Assembly (NCBI GenBank): GCA_963693055.1
Contig: OY843751.1
Span: forward strand, 3,872,001 to 3,936,000
Reading direction: 5' to 3'
DNA: 64,000 nucleotides
DNA from: a bacterium
GTDB lineage: Bacteria > Zhuqueibacterota > Zhuqueibacteria > Residuimicrobiales > Krinioviventaceae
Both the position numbers and the translations under genes were made by a program. Positions 11,027 through 20,240 of this stretch are shown in pieces. The notes beneath the pieces were generated by a model. The model did not search any database. It saw only the letters and a list, made by a program, of their open reading frames with translations, and was not told the DNA's origin. Numbering within the stretch: position 1 is the stretch's first letter; every line of letters starts with the position of its first letter.

Positions 11027-11871
11027 TGAAATTCACGTTTATTAAAAATACATTAGCTTATTGCATCCTTTTACTAATTTCAAGTACATCTGTAATGGCA
11101 CTACCGCAACTAGATCCCAAATTCTTTGCGGAAGCTTATGATGAAACCGTAAATTTTGAACGTGAAGGTAACAATACCATTACCGCGGGTCATCTCATTC
11201 AAGGCGTAAAATTTCCTGAACTGGGTCTGGTTAAATCCGCCGAATTTTATTTTAAACAGCGTTATGGCAGCGATGCCAACAAAGATTACTGGAACAATCG
11301 TGGTGAATTGATCATGGGAACACGCATTCGGTTTTTCTCCAAAATCTATGTTGCCGTTTTTTATGAATATATTCATGGCTGGTATATGGGTGATTCCAAT
11401 TCCACCAATCCCAATCCATATGGCGATTCTTATGAAGATATGCGATACGGATTTATTTTTTGGCAGGGTCTGGATAACGAGTATAAAAAGAAATGGAAAA
11501 CCAACATTCCCCTCAGTTTTTGGGATGAGATTTATGCGGATGCGGTCAGATACAAACGGGATGATAACAACTTTGCATCTTATACCAATATTCGCGCGGG
11601 TGAACGTCTGGCAAGAGTTGGTAAAATGGCATTTGATGTTTACGGCGCTTTCTATTATGCCTGGGATACTAATAAAGATTATTGGAACAATAAATTTGAA
11701 TACGGACTGGGTTTTAGACTCAAACCCTGGTCTGATCTGGATTTAAGCTTGTTTTATGAAACGTTGAATGGACAATATATCGAACGTAATGGGCGGTATC
11801 CAATAACCAATGGTCTAAACTACTCTGATCATCGGTTTGGGATACTTTTTTGGTATGGACTAGGATTTTAA
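11026..11871 (+). CDS. Putative outer-membrane beta-barrel protein (candidate polysaccharide export pore)
   Basis: Signal peptide, Tyr/Phe/Trp-rich amphipathic strands and C-terminal Phe (GILFWYGLGF). DxNKDYWNN occurs twice. ATG overlaps the GT2 stop (TGATG). Confidence 0.65.
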   Translation: MKFTFIKNTLAYCILLLISSTSVMALPQLDPKFFAEAYDETVNFEREGNNTITAGHLIQGVKFPELGLVKSAEFYFKQRYGSDANKDYWNNRGELIMGTRIRFFSKIYVAVFYEYIHGWYMGDSNSTNPNPYGDSYEDMRYGFIFWQGLDNEYKKKWKTNIPLSFWDEIYADAVRYKRDDNNFASYTNIRAGERLARVGKMAFDVYGAFYYAWDTNKDYWNNKFEYGLGFRLKPWSDLDLSLFYETLNGQYIERNGRYPITNGLNYSDHRFGILFWYGLGF

Positions 11872-11894
11872 AAGGCATTACAAGGAGTTTAAAA

Positions 11895-13673
11895 ATGAAA
11901 AAAATGCTACTCTTGCTCATTTTATTAATATCAAATCAATACATATTTGCCCAAGACCAACTCTGGGAGTTTTCAGCAGATTGGTGGGTCAATTCAATTT
12001 ATCCTATAAATGATGTAAATGGTAACAGCCTGCAGGATGTTCTGGTAGGTGCTTCTGATAACCGGTTGTATTGTATTGAAGGTGGTGGCGATACCAAAGG
12101 CACAATCATATGGTCCACTACTTTTACCGGCGATGTCTGGGCAACAGTATCTATTCTGGATGTAAACAATGACGGTATTGATGATGCCATTGCCGGCGCT
12201 GCTGATAATACGGTTTATTGTATATCCGGTGACCCCACATACGAGGGTGCAGAGATTTGGTCATATACAATTGGTGGTGACGCTTTGTGTGTTGATGTTA
12301 CTAACGATGTTGATTATGATGGTATTCAGGATTGTGTGGTAGGCAGTAATGATGATTATGTCTACTGTCTTTCAGGTGCTGATGGCAGTCTGATCTGGAG
12401 CTACAAAACAGGTAGTACCGTATTTGATGTTACACGTGCGGGCGATGTTGACAATGACGGTTATGATGACATTTTTGCAGTATCTGTAGATGATAATACC
12501 TACTGCCTTTCCGGCAAAATGAATATACCGGGACAACGAGTAATATGGCAAACCACAACGGGCGATGTCCGCTCGGTCGCCATGATCTCTGATCTGAACA
12601 AAGATGGTGAAAACGAATGTCTGGCTGGTGGGCTAAATGACAAAGTTACATGTATGTCTGGTACGGATGGAGCAATTATCTGGACGTTTACTGCAGGTGC
12701 ATCCATTCACAGTATTGCCAGCACTGACGATGCAAACAGTGATGGTAAGCACGATGTTTTGGCCGGTTCCGCCGATAACAAAGTTTACATGATTTCAGGA
12801 CACGATGGTTCTACCATTTGGTACAAACAATATAATGGAGATGTTTGGGATGTTGCAGCCATTACTGATGTTAATAATGACAATGTTCAGGATTGCTTGC
12901 TGGGTACGGGTAATAACGATATCGCTGTTATCAGTGGCGCTTCAAGTGGAACAGGTGATGTGATTTGGTCAGACACATTTCTGGGTGACGTTTTGACCGT
13001 AGCGTCATTGAGAGATGTTACCGGTAACGGAATTATTGAAGTATTGGGCGGTTCAAATGACAGCCGGGTCCTTGCCTTTGAAGGGAACTCTACAATCACT
13101 CCGGTTGAATTGGCAAGCTTTACCGCAATCGTTAATGATAATACAGTAGAACTGTATTGGGAAACCGCAACCGAACATAATAATTATGGTTACAAGATAC
13201 AACGTTCAACGGACAATAAAACCTTTGACACAATTGGTTTTGTTAATGGAAATGGTACTAGTAATATAAACGAAACCTATGAATATATTGATGAAAATGT
13301 TTGGCCTAACCAATATTATTACCGATTGCTTCAAATAGATTATGGCGGTGCTGTTTCAACCTTGGATACGCTGCATGTAAATGTTAATGTCCCCGAGACC
13401 TTTGCAATACAAAACAATTATCCCAATCCCTTTAATGCGGGAACGGTAATTTCATACTCGCTGCCAAATCCGGGACATGTGGAAATCAAGATCCATAATA
13501 TTCGTGGTGAATATATAACAACCCTTTATGAAGGTCAACAATATGCCGGTTACCATAATATTCACTGGTATGGTAAGAATAACAATGGTATATTAGTCTC
13601 TAGCGGTATATATCTATGCACTATTAAAAATGGTATTCAGAGCCAAACGATTCAAATGTCATATATAAAATAA
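11895..13673 (+). CDS. Secreted FG-GAP/PQQ-like beta-propeller repeat protein with Ig-like and FlgD/T9SS-like C-terminal domains
   Basis: About 8 repeats of DVNxDGxxDxxxGxxDxxVYxxSGxxGxxIW, then PVELASFTA and NNYPNPFN. Start moved to MKKMLL, which follows an AAGGAG SD. Confidence 0.8.
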   Translation: MKKMLLLLILLISNQYIFAQDQLWEFSADWWVNSIYPINDVNGNSLQDVLVGASDNRLYCIEGGGDTKGTIIWSTTFTGDVWATVSILDVNNDGIDDAIAGAADNTVYCISGDPTYEGAEIWSYTIGGDALCVDVTNDVDYDGIQDCVVGSNDDYVYCLSGADGSLIWSYKTGSTVFDVTRAGDVDNDGYDDIFAVSVDDNTYCLSGKMNIPGQRVIWQTTTGDVRSVAMISDLNKDGENECLAGGLNDKVTCMSGTDGAIIWTFTAGASIHSIASTDDANSDGKHDVLAGSADNKVYMISGHDGSTIWYKQYNGDVWDVAAITDVNNDNVQDCLLGTGNNDIAVISGASSGTGDVIWSDTFLGDVLTVASLRDVTGNGIIEVLGGSNDSRVLAFEGNSTITPVELASFTAIVNDNTVELYWETATEHNNYGYKIQRSTDNKTFDTIGFVNGNGTSNINETYEYIDENVWPNQYYYRLLQIDYGGAVSTLDTLHVNVNVPETFAIQNNYPNPFNAGTVISYSLPNPGHVEIKIHNIRGEYITTLYEGQQYAGYHNIHWYGKNNNGILVSSGIYLCTIKNGIQSQTIQMSYIK

Positions 13674-13690
13674 AAAAAGGATGTTTTTAT

Positions 13691-14812
13691 ATGAAGCCCA
13701 TTGATGTAATGGTCATTTTTGGTACACGCCCGGAAGCGATCAAAATGGCGCCGGTAATTTTAGAATTGCAAAAACGATCAACCATCAACACCATTACCGT
13801 TTCCACATCACAACATCGTGAAATGCTGGATCAGGTACTTGACATTTTTGACATAAAACCAGACTTTGATTTAAAGATCATGCAGCCGGGACAGACTCTG
13901 AACCAGATTGTTGAAAGATCTGTTAAAGGATTCAGGGATGTGTTTGCACAAACACGTCCCGATATTGTGCTTGTTCAGGGAGATACTACTACAGCGTTTA
14001 CCGGTGCATTGGCGGCCTTTTATGAACGGACCCCGGTTGGGCATATTGAAGCGGGGCTTCGCAGCGGTGACATGTACTCACCCTATCCGGAAGAGGCAAA
14101 TCGCAGAATGATCAGCGTAATTACTGAATTTAATTTTGCTCCAACACAAGGTAATTATGAATCCTTGGTACAGGAAGGCACAGAGCCAGAACGCATTCAT
14201 GTGACCGGCAATACGGTTATTGATGCTTTACACTATGTATTACAACACAAACCGGTTCAAGGATTCACGGAACAGTTTTGCAGCAATGGAGATAAACTGG
14301 TTCTGGTTACCGCGCACAGGCGGGAAAACTTTGGTGAACCTATTCGCAATATCTGTAAAGCTTTGATTGAATTAACTGAAACCCACAAAGACATCCAGAT
14401 AGTCTATCCGGTACATCTTAACAATAATATTCAAAAACCGGTACATGAATTACTGGATGGTAAAGAACGCATCCATTTGCTTGAACCGGTGGATTACAGA
14501 CATCTTACCACACTAATGAAAGACGCACATATCGTATTGACAGATTCGGGTGGACTACAGGAAGAAGCTCCCGCGCTGGGCAAACCGGTAGTGGTAATGC
14601 GCACTGAAACCGAACGCCCCGAAGCGGTACAAGCAGGAACCGCTGTATTGGTGGGAATCCAACAAGATGCCATTGTTAGTAAAATGACACAGCTTTTAAC
14701 AGACAATACCGCGTACCAGTCCATGGCCAAAGCCGTAAATCCCTATGGCGATGGAAAAGCGGCTCAGCGTATTGCCGATATTATTGAATCATCAGGATTA
14801 AATAAAAACTAA
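13691..14812 (+). CDS. wecB: UDP-N-acetylglucosamine 2-epimerase (non-hydrolysing)
   Basis: GTRPEAIKMAP, QGDTTT, GHIEAGLR, TAHRREN, TDSGGLQEEAP, TERPE and NPYGDG motifs. Confidence 0.95.
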   Translation: MKPIDVMVIFGTRPEAIKMAPVILELQKRSTINTITVSTSQHREMLDQVLDIFDIKPDFDLKIMQPGQTLNQIVERSVKGFRDVFAQTRPDIVLVQGDTTTAFTGALAAFYERTPVGHIEAGLRSGDMYSPYPEEANRRMISVITEFNFAPTQGNYESLVQEGTEPERIHVTGNTVIDALHYVLQHKPVQGFTEQFCSNGDKLVLVTAHRRENFGEPIRNICKALIELTETHKDIQIVYPVHLNNNIQKPVHELLDGKERIHLLEPVDYRHLTTLMKDAHIVLTDSGGLQEEAPALGKPVVVMRTETERPEAVQAGTAVLVGIQQDAIVSKMTQLLTDNTAYQSMAKAVNPYGDGKAAQRIADIIESSGLNKN

Positions 14813-14818
14813 AATATT

Positions 14819-15337
14819 CTAGTCCTGGTTAATGGTAGATATCCATTTGCCATCTTCCAGGGCAATCTCGTCAATATTTCGATTAACCCAGGCTTTTTCC
14901 ACATCAATACGGTTTACATTCACACCATCGATCAATGTAACCACATATTTAATGCCGGCATTTATGATCAACCGCTTGCATATTTTGCAGGGTTCAGAAA
15001 TGGCAAGCGTCTCTCCACTATCCGAATCAATACCCAATAAATAGAGTGTAGAATCCAGCATATCCAGACGCGATGCATGAATGATTGCATTTTGTTCAGC
15101 GTGAACAGAACGGCACCATTCATAATGTTGACCGTGCTTTATATTCATTTCTTTCCGGATGCAAACGCCGATATCCACACAATTTTTGGTATTACGCGGT
15201 GCCCCGCAATAACCGGTAGAAATGATCTGATCATTTTTCACAATTACCGCGCCATACATTCTTCGCAAACAGGTGCTGCGTCCTGCTACTTCGCGGGCAA
15301 TGTTCAAGTAGTATTCATCTTTGGAAATTCGTCCCAT
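14819..15337 (-). CDS. dCMP deaminase (ComEB/deoxycytidylate deaminase family)
   Basis: RSTCLRR, STGY and the Zn motifs VHAEQNAI and PCKIC. Confidence 0.88.
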   Translation of the reverse strand: MGRISKDEYYLNIAREVAGRSTCLRRMYGAVIVKNDQIISTGYCGAPRNTKNCVDIGVCIRKEMNIKHGQHYEWCRSVHAEQNAIIHASRLDMLDSTLYLLGIDSDSGETLAISEPCKICKRLIINAGIKYVVTLIDGVNVNRIDVEKAWVNRNIDEIALEDGKWISTINQD

Positions 15338-15442
15338 GTCACCAACCTCGTATTCAAATGAAAAAACAAAGTAATGGTTTTAGCATTATAATTCAAGTGC
15401 AATTCAAATAAAATGGCCAATAATTATTAATTTGAAACCTTT

Positions 15443-15462
15443 CTAGTAAACCATCGTACTAG
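15443..15462. promoter_or_regulatory. Inverted repeat, candidate TrmB-family operator
   Basis: CTAGTA-N8-TACTAG lies 33 nt upstream of the TrmB-like gene, in a divergent intergenic region. Confidence 0.35.
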
Positions 15463-15495
15463 TTCTATAAAGCAACTAATAAATTGGAATAACAA

Positions 15496-16341
15496 ATGAA
15501 AGAAACTGAAATTGCAAACCTGGTCCAATTCGGGTTAACCAAACTGGAAGCCGAAATCTATCTGGTACTGCTTCAAAATCCCAATTCCACAGGTTATCGA
15601 ATTGCGCAGATTCTGAATAAACCGGTCCCCAATACCTACAAAGCTTTGAATTCGCTGCAAGCAAAACAACTTATTCTTGCAGATTCCAGCCAGAAAACAC
15701 GCATCTATACAGCGGTTCCCATAGCAGAATATCTGGACTATAAGACAATCGAGTTTAATACAAAGCGTCATGAACTTTTACAGCAGCTAGAGCATTACAA
15801 AACACCAACTGTAGAAGGCGGTATCTATCGGCTTGAAAACATACAAGATATTATATCGCGGGCCAGTATACTCATTGCCAAAGCACAGGATATTTTGTTG
15901 GTCGATATTTTTCCGGCCCTGCTTCCCCTTTTGCGGGACGAGATTGAAAAAGTTGCTGCATCCGGCACCAGGGTGATGGTCAAAACCTATGAGCCCACAA
16001 AAATTAAGAACTGCCTGGTGGTCAATAATGAAACAGACAGCCAACTGGTTGAAAAATTTTACGGAGAGTGGCTCAACATTATTGCAGATGGGCGCGAATA
16101 TCTGTTATCGTTTATTAATCTGAATAAAGAACGCGTTTATGAGGCATTTTGGAGCAAAAACCTGTTTTTGTCGCTCATGATGCACAATGGCTTTTCCGAT
16201 GAATTTATCTTTACCCAAATTCGCAGCATGATTGAAAACGGAACAGAGTATAAAGAACTTTTAGAATATCTCAAGCACTATGATACCATTAAAACCAGCA
16301 GTACCCATGCATTCCAGGATTTTATGAAACAATTTTCATAA
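15496..16341 (+). CDS. TrmB family transcriptional regulator
   Basis: N-terminal FGLTKLEAEIYLVLL...TGYRIA...NTYKALNSL wHTH pattern, followed by an effector-like C-terminal domain. Confidence 0.85.
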   Translation: MKETEIANLVQFGLTKLEAEIYLVLLQNPNSTGYRIAQILNKPVPNTYKALNSLQAKQLILADSSQKTRIYTAVPIAEYLDYKTIEFNTKRHELLQQLEHYKTPTVEGGIYRLENIQDIISRASILIAKAQDILLVDIFPALLPLLRDEIEKVAASGTRVMVKTYEPTKIKNCLVVNNETDSQLVEKFYGEWLNIIADGREYLLSFINLNKERVYEAFWSKNLFLSLMMHNGFSDEFIFTQIRSMIENGTEYKELLEYLKHYDTIKTSSTHAFQDFMKQFS

Positions 16342-16365
16342 CCATTATCATTAGAGGAGGACACC

Positions 16366-18213
16366 TTGAGATTCAAATTAATCATTACATCACTGATCTT
16401 GTTTGTTATATCCCAAGCCGGTATCGCAAACCAAATGACAGATCCATTGCTGATTTTGCAAAAACATTACGAGGCGACCGGTGGATTGGAAAAGCATAAA
16501 CAGGAAAAAACAACTTTAATGGAAGCAAAGCTCTATCTTGCCGGCCTGGAAGGTACCGTAAAACAATGGAATGAGGTCCCGGGAAAAAGCAGGCAGGAAC
16601 TTGATCTCCAAATATTAACACAGGTCGAAGGAGATGACGGGAATACAAGTTGGATTGTAGATTCGAATGGCAAATTAAAAATAAATCGTGATAAAGCCAC
16701 ATTGGAAAAACGGGAAATCTCAAAGGCTATGGAACAGTTGGAATTTATGGATCCCAATTCTGAAATATTTACACTGAAATTCGGAGGTATTGAACCGGTG
16801 GGAGAAACAGATTGTTACAAAATCATCATTTCAAATTCAATCAATAAAAATGTCAAAGCACAATTCTTTAGTACAAAAGACTTTTACAAGTTAAAATCCT
16901 GTGATTTTGAGAACAAGTATGAAACCCAAACGCTATACTCGGATTTTAGAGAAGTTAATGGATTAATTAAACCCTTTTTATATAATATCACAGAAGTGAA
17001 TACGGGACAAGAGCAGAAAATAGAGGTAATGAGCTGGGAATCCAATATTGAAATTGATCAGTCATTATTTCAGGTCCCAAACCAGGATATTAAAGACTTT
17101 GAATTCATAAAAGGCAACAGTTCAGAAAATATTCCTTTTAAATATATTTACAATCATGTCTTTTTATATGTTACCATAGATAATGATGTGCAATTATGGG
17201 TACTGGACAATGGTGCTGATGTGACCTGCATTAACCGCCAATACGCGGAAAGAATGGGTTGGGAGATTAGCGGTAATCTCAAGGGAGAAGGTGTAAACAA
17301 TACTGTTGAATTTGGATTTTTAGAGATTCCAGAATACAGCATTAAAGGAATTCGCCTAAAAAGCCAGACAGTAGCAACACTGGATTTTACATTTATCGAA
17401 AAAGGTTTGGGAATCGAACTGGCAGGAATTTTGGGTTATGATTTTCTCTCACGATTTGTCACCAAAATTGATTATGCCAACGAGACACTTTCTTTTTATG
17501 ATCCCGATACTTTTGAATATAAAGGTAACGGTAGTCAGATAGACGCTCCCCTAACCGGGAAAATGTTTAGTTTCCCTGCAACTGTTGATGGAAAATACAC
17601 AGGTGCATGGGGTGCGGATATCGGTTCAGGCTCGCTCTCCTTTCACTATCCCTTTGCCAGTGAAAATAACCTGCTGGGTAAAGATGGTGTATTGTATATG
17701 GGTGGCGGTGCAGGCGGTGAAATGCAGGAAAAACGATCAAAATTTAACACCCTCTCCTTTGCCGGTTTTACAATCGATAATCCCTACATAGATTTACCAG
17801 CGGATTCGTCAACAGGTTCATATGCCAACGATCGGTTAATTGGAGAAATGGGGAATCCCCTATTTTGCAATTTTATTTTTTATATGGATTATAAAAACCA
17901 AAGATTGATCTTTGAAAAAGGAAACAATTTCAACAAACCGAAACCGGTTGACAAAAGCGGTATTCAACTTTATTATAATGATAACGAACAACTCTATATT
18001 CATTACCTTTCACCCGGCTGTCCGGGTGAAAAAGCCGGGTTCAAAAAAGGAGATATTTTTCTTTCAATTAATGATATTGGTATAGAAAGCTTTAACGGGT
18101 TAGAGGCAATTCAAAAGTTGTTCAAAAAACAAAATAATACACAATACAAGATCAAAATCCAACGAGGGGATAAAGACAAAACGTTAAAGCTCACCTTAAA
18201 AGACCTGTATTAA
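16366..18213 (+). CDS. Secreted retropepsin-like aspartyl protease with LolA-like N-terminus and C-terminal PDZ domain
   Basis: Signal peptide, YSDFREVNG LolA-like block, VLDNGA and GILGYDFL lobe, second lobe ADIGSG/GEMG, and PDZ motif SPGCPGEKAGFKKGD. Confidence 0.75.
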   Translation: MRFKLIITSLILFVISQAGIANQMTDPLLILQKHYEATGGLEKHKQEKTTLMEAKLYLAGLEGTVKQWNEVPGKSRQELDLQILTQVEGDDGNTSWIVDSNGKLKINRDKATLEKREISKAMEQLEFMDPNSEIFTLKFGGIEPVGETDCYKIIISNSINKNVKAQFFSTKDFYKLKSCDFENKYETQTLYSDFREVNGLIKPFLYNITEVNTGQEQKIEVMSWESNIEIDQSLFQVPNQDIKDFEFIKGNSSENIPFKYIYNHVFLYVTIDNDVQLWVLDNGADVTCINRQYAERMGWEISGNLKGEGVNNTVEFGFLEIPEYSIKGIRLKSQTVATLDFTFIEKGLGIELAGILGYDFLSRFVTKIDYANETLSFYDPDTFEYKGNGSQIDAPLTGKMFSFPATVDGKYTGAWGADIGSGSLSFHYPFASENNLLGKDGVLYMGGGAGGEMQEKRSKFNTLSFAGFTIDNPYIDLPADSSTGSYANDRLIGEMGNPLFCNFIFYMDYKNQRLIFEKGNNFNKPKPVDKSGIQLYYNDNEQLYIHYLSPGCPGEKAGFKKGDIFLSINDIGIESFNGLEAIQKLFKKQNNTQYKIKIQRGDKDKTLKLTLKDLY

Positions 18214-18219
18214 ACCAGA

Positions 18220-18247
18220 GGCTGCACAAATTGTGCAGCTTTTTTTT
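18220..18247 (+). terminator. Rho-independent terminator
   Basis: GCTGCACAA-loop-TTGTGCAGC stem followed by a T-run, right after the stop codon. Confidence 0.8.
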
Positions 18248-18335
18248 GATAAAAAAAAAATTAAAAAAAACATTTCCAAATTCATATTATTGTCGTATAG
18301 TATTAAAATAAGGGTAGTCAATAATTGGGGCTTGT

Positions 18336-19898
18336 ATGCAGAAAATTAATCCTGCCAGGGCAGGAAGGCGGCGATCGACCAACATAAATGAAAACGGTCT
18401 GATATGGGGACTGGCAATCATAAAGCTGGTGATCATTCTCATTGCTGCAAATCACTATCACTATAATCCACAAGAACTCTATTATCTGGCTTGCAGTCAT
18501 CATCCAAGCTGGGGTTACGCAGATGTCCCTCCGTTTTCAATCTTGTTATTATGGCTGGTCAGAAATACCATAGGGACCTCTATTTATGCGCTGCACATAC
18601 TTCCAGCGCTTAGCGGAGCACTGACTGTATTTTTTATTGGTCATATCACCCGGGAGCTTGGCGGTAGTAGATTTGCCATTACTCTTGCCAGCACGGCCTA
18701 TATTCTTACTCCTTTATATTTATCGATTCACAGTTCCTTTTCACCTGCTGCTTTTGATGGGTTGTTTTATATATTGGTTTTATATTTTTTCATCAAATCC
18801 ATCCATACCGAAAATTATTTATACTGGTTTCTAATTGGATTCTTTATGGGGCTTGCAGTCTTGAACGCATTCAGCAGCATGGGGCTTATTCTGGGTCTGT
18901 TTGCAGGTCTTTTGTTTAAAAAATATAGAAACGCTTTTCTTCACAAAGAAGTATGGTACGCCGCTTTACTTGTCATCTGCGCTTTATTACCCCATATAAC
19001 CTGGCAGCTAGATCACAGTCTACCAATCAATCACTGGTTTAGCAATCACTCTGTCTGGTCTTCATCAAACAGTTCGTTAGCAGGATTTTTCAGCAAACAA
19101 TTTTTATTCAACAATTTATTTGTAATCCCGGTTTATATTGCAGGAATAATTGCGTTTTTTAAAAGCAAAGCATTAAAAGAATATTCAATTTTTCAATTCA
19201 TTTTTATTACTGTAGTTGTATTGCACCTTATTGCCGGCACGAATGATGGCACATCATTATTTTCTGCCTATCCCCTCTTGCTCATCCCCGGTGCAATATT
19301 TATGGAAGAGACATTGGTGGAAAATCTGGGCAATTCTTTTAAGCTGATTATATTAATACCCATCATGTTATTTGGTTTGTTGCTGCTCCCCTTTTCCTCG
19401 CCAGTCCTTCCAATCATTGGACTAAAAATATACCAGCAAAATATATCAGAATACCTCCCTTTGTTAACCCCATTGTATATATCACATCATACACTTGAAT
19501 ATGGTGCGCAATTGGATACGGATCAAAAAATTAAGGAAATCCATTCCTTTATAAAAAAACAGGAACCCGGATATTATAAATGCATTATAACTGACAATAG
19601 TCAATTGGCCGCGGCAATAGATTTTTATCATGTAAAATATCAATTTCCTTCTGTGATTTCACCTCATAGTGTTTACGGTTATTGGGGACCAGGAAATATA
19701 GAGACGTCCCGATGTCTTTATATCGACACCAAAGATATACAGGTACAATGGCGAGACTTGTTTAATACCATTGTGTTAATAGATACGGTAACAATTAGTC
19801 CAGACTTTGCTTCCCAAAGCCGTCTATTTTTCTTTGAATGTAAGGACATCAACAAACCTATAGAAAACGCCTGGCCAGCTTTACTGCATACGGACTAG
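18336..19898 (+). CDS. GT-C fold (ArnT/PMT, GT39/GT83-like) membrane glycosyltransferase
   Basis: Many TM helices, ELYYLAC.HP.WGYAD.PP near the N-terminus, PHITWQ, and a C-terminal YWGPG. Confidence 0.75.
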   Translation: MQKINPARAGRRRSTNINENGLIWGLAIIKLVIILIAANHYHYNPQELYYLACSHHPSWGYADVPPFSILLLWLVRNTIGTSIYALHILPALSGALTVFFIGHITRELGGSRFAITLASTAYILTPLYLSIHSSFSPAAFDGLFYILVLYFFIKSIHTENYLYWFLIGFFMGLAVLNAFSSMGLILGLFAGLLFKKYRNAFLHKEVWYAALLVICALLPHITWQLDHSLPINHWFSNHSVWSSSNSSLAGFFSKQFLFNNLFVIPVYIAGIIAFFKSKALKEYSIFQFIFITVVVLHLIAGTNDGTSLFSAYPLLLIPGAIFMEETLVENLGNSFKLIILIPIMLFGLLLLPFSSPVLPIIGLKIYQQNISEYLPLLTPLYISHHTLEYGAQLDTDQKIKEIHSFIKKQEPGYYKCIITDNSQLAAAIDFYHVKYQFPSVISPHSVYGYWGPGNIETSRCLYIDTKDIQVQWRDLFNTIVLIDTVTISPDFASQSRLFFFECKDINKPIENAWPALLHTD

Positions 19899-19978
19899 AA
19901 AAACTTGTATTTTTTCTAATTGAATTTATTGCATTTTTCATTTATTTTTCAACAAACGATTGAATATAGAGGAACGCT

Positions 19979-20182
19979 ATGGAATGTAAAAAAAGTAGAA
20001 ATTTGCAAAACTGTAATTGTAGTTATGAACCCTGCTCCCGTAAAGGTGTGTGCTGTGATTGTATTCAATATCATCTCAAAATGCGCGAACTTCCCGCATG
20101 TGTTTTCCCGAATGATATAGAAAAAACCTATAACCGTTCGTTTGAAAAATTTGCACAACTGGTGAATGAAGGAAGAGTTTAA
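19979..20182 (+). CDS. Small Cys-rich protein (DUF6485-like)
   Basis: [21 protein letters not shown]...ELPACVF pattern with a GAGGA SD. Confidence 0.75.
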   Translation: MECKKSRNLQNCNCSYEPCSRKGVCCDCIQYHLKMRELPACVFPNDIEKTYNRSFEKFAQLVNEGRV

Positions 20183-20240
20183 AAAGAATTCTTTTCATTT
20201 CTTTTAATTCATAATTATTACGGATATATGAGGAGCCATT

